Assembly: GCA_964614675.1 (NCBI GenBank)
Contig: CAZTMF010000001.1
Location: 1-28,465, forward strand
Reading direction: 5' to 3'
From: an uncultured Caulobacteraceae bacterium
GTDB taxonomy: Bacteria; Pseudomonadota; Alphaproteobacteria; Caulobacterales; Caulobacteraceae
Length of the DNA stretch: 28,465 bases
Each line of letters starts with the position of its first letter. Positions within the stretch are counted from its first letter, which is position 1. The notes beneath the pieces were generated by a model. That model was not told the origin of the DNA and searched no databases. It saw only the letters and a list, made by a program, of their open reading frames with translations. Below, in pieces: positions 23,011-28,465 of this stretch. Both the position numbers and the translations under genes were made by a program.

Positions 23011-23520
23011 ATGAGTTGCATTTCTAGGGCGCGCCGCGCTCTGCCGGTGGTTTCCGCGATCGTCATGGCGGGCTGCTCCGCCGCCCAGGCGCAGACGAGT
23101 TCCTCGCCGAGTTACTATGGCTACGGGAACCGCCCCCAAGGCCAGTCCTCGTCCACCTGCTTCTCACCCTACGGGGGCGCCTGCACTGGCCAGGGCGCCG
23201 GTCAGCGTTACGCCGGCTATTCGGGCGCCTACGGCCGGCGTCTCGGCTCGGGTCCGTCCGGAACGCAGCCAAGTTCGGGCGGTTACAGCGGCTACGGCAG
23301 CAAATACTCCAGCTCGGGCGTGCTCGGCGGTTCGAACACCGCCCAGTACGACGACATTCTCCTGCAATCGGCGATCTCGCGACAACAGCAGCAGCAGTAC
23401 GATCCTCCGCCCAGCCAGTACCAGGGGCTGACCTGGTACGGGAACTATGGAGGCTGCAAGGTGCGCTGGCGCTGGGACCCCGAATATCACAAGTACCTCA
23501 GGCGGGGCGGTTGCCGGTGA
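23011..23520 (+). CDS. Exported Gly/Ser/Tyr/Gln-rich low-complexity protein, 169 aa
   Basis: GAGAGG RBS before ATG 23011. Signal peptide RARRALPVVSAIVMAGC with a lipobox-like MAGC and an AQA site. 17 Tyr in the mature part, and two Cys pairs (C-x7-C, C-x18-C). Confidence 0.72.
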   Translation: MSCISRARRALPVVSAIVMAGCSAAQAQTSSSPSYYGYGNRPQGQSSSTCFSPYGGACTGQGAGQRYAGYSGAYGRRLGSGPSGTQPSSGGYSGYGSKYSSSGVLGGSNTAQYDDILLQSAISRQQQQQYDPPPSQYQGLTWYGNYGGCKVRWRWDPEYHKYLRRGGCR

Positions 23521-23715
23521 CCTTCGTCAGGATCGCGGGCGCATCGCCGCGGTTTGGTCCGACTCCTGCATACCCTGTCGAGACGGCTGGAACCTGGGCC
23601 GGAGGTTGCGACCGCTTTGGCTGAGACGGACGGAAATCGGGCGCCGTCCACCTGACGAAATTAAATAGCGCAGACGACGGAACCGAACGGCTCTGGAATT
23701 GGGACATACGGGCGT

Positions 23716-25023
23716 ATGGCGCGGGACATAGTCGCAAACAATCTGCGGGAGCGGGCGGCCTGGAAGTGGATCGCCATGGGCATCGTGCTCGTGGCGACCA
23801 TCGGCTTCGACTTCGCTCTCGCGCGGGATTCCGAAACCGCCAACATCAACTGGCTCACGATCAGCAAGGCGACCCTCGCCTTGGGCCTCATCGTCTGGTG
23901 TCTCCTGCGCATCCAGCGGTGGTGGGCCTCGATCAATCGCTATTCCGCGCCCTGGCTTCTGCTGGTGTTCTGGCTGGTGGTCACCGCGGTCTATTCGATC
24001 TCCCCGGCGATCACCGCCGTCACCGCCCTGACCCTGCTCGCGATGCTGATGTTCCAGCTTTACGTCGTGCAGGAACTCGAGACCCCGCAGCTGGTCTGGA
24101 CCATGCTGCTCAGCCTGAGCGGCTTTCTGGCGGTCTCGCTCGTCCTCTATTTCGTCGCGCCGGACCTCGCGCGAACGACCGCGTGGAACTTTGTCGAACA
24201 ACAGACTCAGGACTCCGGACGGCTGCAAGGCCTGACTGGCGGCCCGAACAATCTGGGCAAGATGGCCGCCTTCAGCCTCGTTCTGCTGGGGGTTTTCTAT
24301 CGCGATCTGCGCCAGGCGAACTACAACCGGATCATCCTGATCGGAATGGGCCTGCTGGCGGCGCTGGATCTCGTCCTGTCGGGGAGCCGCACCTCGATCC
24401 TCGCGCTCGTCATCGCGGGCGGCGTCGTCGCGATGATCCGCTTTCCCAAGCTGATCGCGCCGGTGCTGGTCGTCGGCGCCCTGGGCCTGCTCATACTCAT
24501 CCCGAACTTCGCGGGTATCGCCACCAAGCTGTCTCGGTCGGGCAACCCGAACGAAATCATGACCGCCACGGGCCGGACTTATGTCTGGGCCATCGCGTGG
24601 CATTTCATCCAGCTCAAGCCGCTGCTGGGGTACGGCTACAGGACGACGATCTACCTGATGCCGACCTACGCAAAGTCGATCGGCATGTATTACGCTCCAC
24701 CGACCCCGCACAACGCCATACTGACGCTCTGGTTCGACGCCGGCATTCCCGCAGTTCTGATGTTTATCTCCGCGGTCGGATCGACGATCTACTATTGCAT
24801 TGCAAATAGATACTGGAAGATATTGACGATCTTCATGTACTGGTTCTGCACCACCTTTACAGAGCCGGGCGGCTTCAGCGGCGTGGCCGACAACGCCAGT
24901 CTGTCGCTGTTCTTGCCGATCGCCCTGCTCGCGGTGCAGCCTACGCTCAAGGTCGCCGAGGCCAGCCGGACACGTCGGCGGCGGCGGCGGGTCGTGTCCG
25001 ACTCGGTTCGGGAGCTCGCCTAA
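23716..25023 (+). CDS. wzy: O-antigen ligase/Wzy-type polysaccharide polymerase, 435 aa
   Basis: About 11-12 hydrophobic segments; RLQGLTGGPNNLG, SGSRTSIL, TGRTYVW..KPLLGYGY and HNAILTLWFDAGIP (Wzy_C pattern). Confidence 0.88.
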   Translation: MARDIVANNLRERAAWKWIAMGIVLVATIGFDFALARDSETANINWLTISKATLALGLIVWCLLRIQRWWASINRYSAPWLLLVFWLVVTAVYSISPAITAVTALTLLAMLMFQLYVVQELETPQLVWTMLLSLSGFLAVSLVLYFVAPDLARTTAWNFVEQQTQDSGRLQGLTGGPNNLGKMAAFSLVLLGVFYRDLRQANYNRIILIGMGLLAALDLVLSGSRTSILALVIAGGVVAMIRFPKLIAPVLVVGALGLLILIPNFAGIATKLSRSGNPNEIMTATGRTYVWAIAWHFIQLKPLLGYGYRTTIYLMPTYAKSIGMYYAPPTPHNAILTLWFDAGIPAVLMFISAVGSTIYYCIANRYWKILTIFMYWFCTTFTEPGGFSGVADNASLSLFLPIALLAVQPTLKVAEASRTRRRRRRVVSDSVRELA

Positions 25024-25817
25024 TCCGCGTCGCGTCCCCGATCGTTGCCCGGGGACTGCGGAGAAGAGGCGGAACCGGCGGCCCGACTACGCATCCAGGG
25101 GCGCAGGACATCTGAATTGCCCGCCTGGGATCCGACGTGCACGTCCCGATAGTGGACGGCGATGGGCGTGGTCGACGCCGGGCCATAGATGCCGAAGCGG
25201 AAATAGACCCCGTCAGGGTCATTGAAGCCCACCGGCCCATGATAATCGATGATCTTGGCCCCGTCGCGGTAGCCGATCACAGCGCCCTGCGCGGGATCTT
25301 CGTGGATGCGATAATTGAAATTGTACCATCGGCCGCGTTGGAAGCTCCGGTCCGTGAAGACGGTTTGTCCGCGATTGTCGTCGCCTCCCGCGGTCACCAC
25401 CCGGAATACGTCCCGGGGGAGGAGCTGCTGCGAGAAGGGCTGGGCGCCCCGGCTGGCGTCCTGGCCGCCGCCGCCCCTGTGCATCTGGCCAAGGATCACA
25501 TAGGGCGCGCCAAGCGGCGGACCGGGCTCCACCATCATCGAGAAGGACACGGTGAAGTCTCTGGCGCCATGACGGACCGGATCGTCGAGCTCGGTCCGCT
25601 CCTTTGTCTGGCCCTGCCAGGAATTGTTGTCGCTCACGTCTTTGGCCCAGCGGTCGCCTGGCCTGCGCTCGAAGCGAAACGAATTCGGACCCTCCACGCG
25701 CAGAGACCAGGGCTGACCCGCATTGATAGGTTCCCACGGCTTGCCGTCGATGGCGGGCGGCGGGCCGGATTGGGCGAGGTCCGCCGGACCATGGCTAGGC
25801 GGAACGTAGTGAGGCAT
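25020..25817 (-). CDS. Stand-alone polysaccharide-lyase-like protein with no signal peptide, 265 aa
   Basis: RFERRPGD, KERTEL, ILGQMH, GRWY, DYHGPVGFND and YFRFGIY align end to end with the lyase domain at 20615-21250. GGGAG RBS 7 nt upstream. 4-bp convergent overlap with wzy. Confidence 0.8.
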   Translation of the reverse strand: MPHYVPPSHGPADLAQSGPPPAIDGKPWEPINAGQPWSLRVEGPNSFRFERRPGDRWAKDVSDNNSWQGQTKERTELDDPVRHGARDFTVSFSMMVEPGPPLGAPYVILGQMHRGGGGQDASRGAQPFSQQLLPRDVFRVVTAGGDDNRGQTVFTDRSFQRGRWYNFNYRIHEDPAQGAVIGYRDGAKIIDYHGPVGFNDPDGVYFRFGIYGPASTTPIAVHYRDVHVGSQAGNSDVLRPWMRSRAAGSASSPQSPGNDRGRDAD

Positions 25818-26200
25818 GCTTCAACTCCCACTGACGATCGAGCCCAACCAATCGATCTTTACAGGAAGACGGCGGCTGTTGTGTAGCGCCGACCAGGCAA
25901 GACTGTGCGCAGAAACGCAGAGGTCAGCTCAAGGTTCACCCTGGCCCGCACGGACCATGGACCGGGCGAGACCTCTTTTGGAACGAACTCCACGAGGCGC
26001 GGTCAGTGCAAGCATCGCTCGTCTGCCGCCGAGTGGCGTCTGAGGCGGTCCGTCGCCCGGAAAGCGGGCCGGATCGGGCTTCTGGCGTCGCAGCTCGCCT
26101 TTTTCGCTGGAGATTGTGCAGCGCAGCGGGCTATTTCGCCGGCGGGCGGCGCGGCATAATCGTTGCAGACGCACTTAATCGATTGGCGAATGGTGGCTCG

Positions 26201-27004
26201 ATGAGCGCGGCTAAGCGACTATTACGGCACGCTGTGAAGCGGCTGCTGCCGCCCGGCATGGGACTACGGATCAGAACCGCGCGGCACCTGAAGGTGGGGC
26301 CGGCTGAGCTGCGCCTCTTGCGGACCATGCGCGGCGACGGCGATTTCATAGACGTGGGCGCCAACGAGGGCTTCTGGGCCTATGTGGGTAGCCGCCGCTT
26401 CCGCCACGTGCATGCCTTCGAACCGGATCAGGCCCTGGCCGAGCACATCGCCAAGGCCCTGCCCTCGAACGTGGTCGTCCACCAGGTCGCGCTCTCCGAC
26501 CATGAAGGACAGGCCGAGCTGCTCACCCCGGTCTTCAGCGGGGAGCGGGTGCACTCGCGGGCGTCGCTCGAGCCGACGGCGAACGATACGCCCACCCACA
26601 CCACCCAGAAGGTCCCGCTCCGCACCCTCGACAGCTTCAACTTCACGGGCGTCTCGGCCCTGAAGATCGACGTGGAGGGCCATGAGGCGGCGACCCTCGC
26701 GGGCGCGCGCGAGACCATCAAGCGCGAACGGCCGGTGATGATCGTCGAGATCGAAGAGCGCCACCATCCGGGCACGTCCGAGAAGATCATCGCCGACGTC
26801 TGCGAACTCGGAATGAAGTGCTTCTATCTCCGGGGCGGAAAGCTGGTCCCGTTCACGCCGGGCGAGATCGAAACGCTCCAGGCCAAACCGCCGTCCGGCT
26901 TCGACTTCAGCGACGAGCGGTCGTACGTGAACAACTTCATCTTCATTCCCGAAGAGCAGGAACAGGCTGTGGTCAAGCAGCTGAACGGCGGGCTCAGCGC
27001 CTGA
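26201..27004 (+). CDS. FkbM-family SAM-dependent methyltransferase, 267 aa
   Basis: FIDVGANEG, VHAFEP, VALSD and LKIDVEGHE..LAGA..I.RERPVMIVE. Start inferred at ATG 26201 (GGTGG upstream). Confidence 0.9.
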   Translation: MSAAKRLLRHAVKRLLPPGMGLRIRTARHLKVGPAELRLLRTMRGDGDFIDVGANEGFWAYVGSRRFRHVHAFEPDQALAEHIAKALPSNVVVHQVALSDHEGQAELLTPVFSGERVHSRASLEPTANDTPTHTTQKVPLRTLDSFNFTGVSALKIDVEGHEAATLAGARETIKRERPVMIVEIEERHHPGTSEKIIADVCELGMKCFYLRGGKLVPFTPGEIETLQAKPPSGFDFSDERSYVNNFIFIPEEQEQAVVKQLNGGLSA

Positions 27005-27065
27005 GCCGCATCGCCGGCGCGCCGCGGGAGCCCGCCGCGAAGCGCGATTGAGTTCGGAGGTCTTC

Positions 27066-28415
27066 GTGCGTCTGATTAGCCTGGAGCGCCTTCTCGACCG
27101 CATCCTGCGGTTCCGCGCACGGGCGATCGCGATCGGGGAGCAGCTCGTGCTCTCGGTCGCCAATTTCGTCATGGTCCTGGCGGCCGGCCGGCTGATGCAT
27201 GGCGACGCCTTCGCCTCGCTTGGCGTCGCGCTCTCCGCGACAGTCGTGCTGCAGGGGGTGCACCGGACGGTCATCACCATTCCATTCGTGGTCGAGACGG
27301 CGCCCCAGGGCCGGCTGGAGCACGAGGGCCGCGCCTGGCTGCAGCTCAGCCTCTTCACCGCGACGGCGTTCGGCTTGGTGGGCGCCCTCATCGGCTTGAT
27401 CTGCCTGGTGATCCATCAGCCGCTGTGGATGTCCGAGGCGCTGCTCGCCTCAGGTCCCTATACGATCGTGACCTGCATGTTCGAATTCACGCGCCGCTGG
27501 ATGTTCCAGGAGCGAGCCTATCTGCGCATGCTGGTCATGAGCACCGTGATCTCGGCCATCCAGATCGCCTGCCTCTTCGTGCTGGCGAGCCTGAACGCCC
27601 TGACGCCGACCCTGTCGCTGGTGGCGATGTCGATCGCCACGGCCATCGGGGTCGTGGTCGTCTTCATTCCGCGCTGGGCGCGACTAGACCGGGTAAGCGG
27701 TCAGTTCAGGGCCATCGCCATACGCCAAGTGCACTTCGGCAAATGGTCCGCGCTCGGGACCCTAGCCTACAACGGCTACAACAACATGATCCCGATCCTG
27801 TTGGGCTTCTTTTCGGGAGCTCCCGTGGTCGCGGCGTTTTCCGCCTCCCGCCAGTTGATGCAGCCGGTGTTGATCCCGTTGATGGCGGTGAACAATGTGG
27901 ACAAGCAGAGGTCCAGCCAGGAATTCGCAGCCGGCGGCCTACCCCGGCTGAAGGCCTCGCTGTTCCGCACCGGGCTTTTGCTTTTCAGCCTCTGCGCCAT
28001 CTATGCCGTGGCCGCGGTCGTGCTGGGGCCGATGACGATGGATCTGATGTTCCGTGGCAAGTACCACGCGGGTCCCCTGGTGTTCGCGTTGTGGGGGCTC
28101 GTCTTCATCTTCACGGCCGTGGTCCAGCCGCTCGAGACGAGCATGTATGTGCTGCGCCAGGCGCATGCCACGTTCTATGCCAAGCTGATGGGAGGCGCTG
28201 TCGCGATCGCTGCCGTCGCGCTGCTGTCGGCGCGCTTCGGCGCAGGGGGCGCCGTGGCTGCGGCGGCCATAGGATGGGCCGTGACTTTCGTCGCCTCCTG
28301 GATCGCAGTCACCCGCCGTTGGGCGCGCATGGAGGCGGAAGCGCCGGAAGACACCCCGTCGGCCGAAGCGATGGCCGCCGATCAGACGGCCGGAACCGCT
28401 TCAGCACAGGTCTAG
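27066..28415 (+). CDS. wzx: Wzx-type polysaccharide flippase (MOP superfamily), about 449 aa
   Basis: About 12 TM segments; EQLVLSVANFV, ILLGFFSG..VAAFSASRQLMQPV and MDLMFRGKY. GGAGG 5 nt before GTG 27066. Confidence 0.78.
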   Translation: MRLISLERLLDRILRFRARAIAIGEQLVLSVANFVMVLAAGRLMHGDAFASLGVALSATVVLQGVHRTVITIPFVVETAPQGRLEHEGRAWLQLSLFTATAFGLVGALIGLICLVIHQPLWMSEALLASGPYTIVTCMFEFTRRWMFQERAYLRMLVMSTVISAIQIACLFVLASLNALTPTLSLVAMSIATAIGVVVVFIPRWARLDRVSGQFRAIAIRQVHFGKWSALGTLAYNGYNNMIPILLGFFSGAPVVAAFSASRQLMQPVLIPLMAVNNVDKQRSSQEFAAGGLPRLKASLFRTGLLLFSLCAIYAVAAVVLGPMTMDLMFRGKYHAGPLVFALWGLVFIFTAVVQPLETSMYVLRQAHATFYAKLMGGAVAIAAVALLSARFGAGGAVAAAAIGWAVTFVASWIAVTRRWARMEAEAPEDTPSAEAMAADQTAGTASAQV

Positions 28416-28465
28416 CCCAGCCAGGCCCCCAAATCGCGCCCGATCAAATCCTGCTGTCTCAGGAT

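Noticed and set aside
1-28465. CRISPR arrays, tRNA/rRNA, IS elements, integrases, toxin-antitoxin or defence genes
   Set aside because: I saw no spaced direct repeats, RNA-gene signatures or mobility motifs by eye. tRNAscan-SE, Infernal/Rfam and a codon-usage scan would be needed to exclude subtle RNAs or a horizontal origin of the glycan block.

Overview
GC-rich alphaproteobacterial chromosomal window; the ubiB, FlaEY-like and Cle-like genes and the CtrA-like boxes point to Caulobacterales (inference). It has two blocks. (1) 1-9959: the end of ubiB and phhB, then a surface-appendage cluster. This holds a FliL-like exported protein, an orphan translationally coupled Tad minor-pilin triad (large repeat-rich TadG plus two TadE), a divergently transcribed 955-aa FlaEY/FlaY-like beta-propeller protein, a 571-aa unknown protein and a Cle-type pseudo-receiver with a c-di-GMP-binding arginine-rich motif. 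(2) 9986-28415: a mixed-orientation glycan region. It has a coupled TPR-GT61 / NAD-epimerase / DegT aminotransferase operon, a ManC fused to an AGE-family isomerase, a WecB/TagA glycosyltransferase, a GMC oxidoreductase, an RTX-type secreted polysaccharide lyase, a second signal-less paralogous lyase, an exported Gly/Ser/Tyr/Gln-rich protein, Wzy, an FkbM methyltransferase and Wzx. Two small ORFs below the ORF-track cutoff have strong Shine-Dalgarno sequences (17308-17445, 20316-20441). I saw no rRNA, tRNA, CRISPR array, transposase or integrase. All family assignments come from reading motifs by eye, not from database searches.
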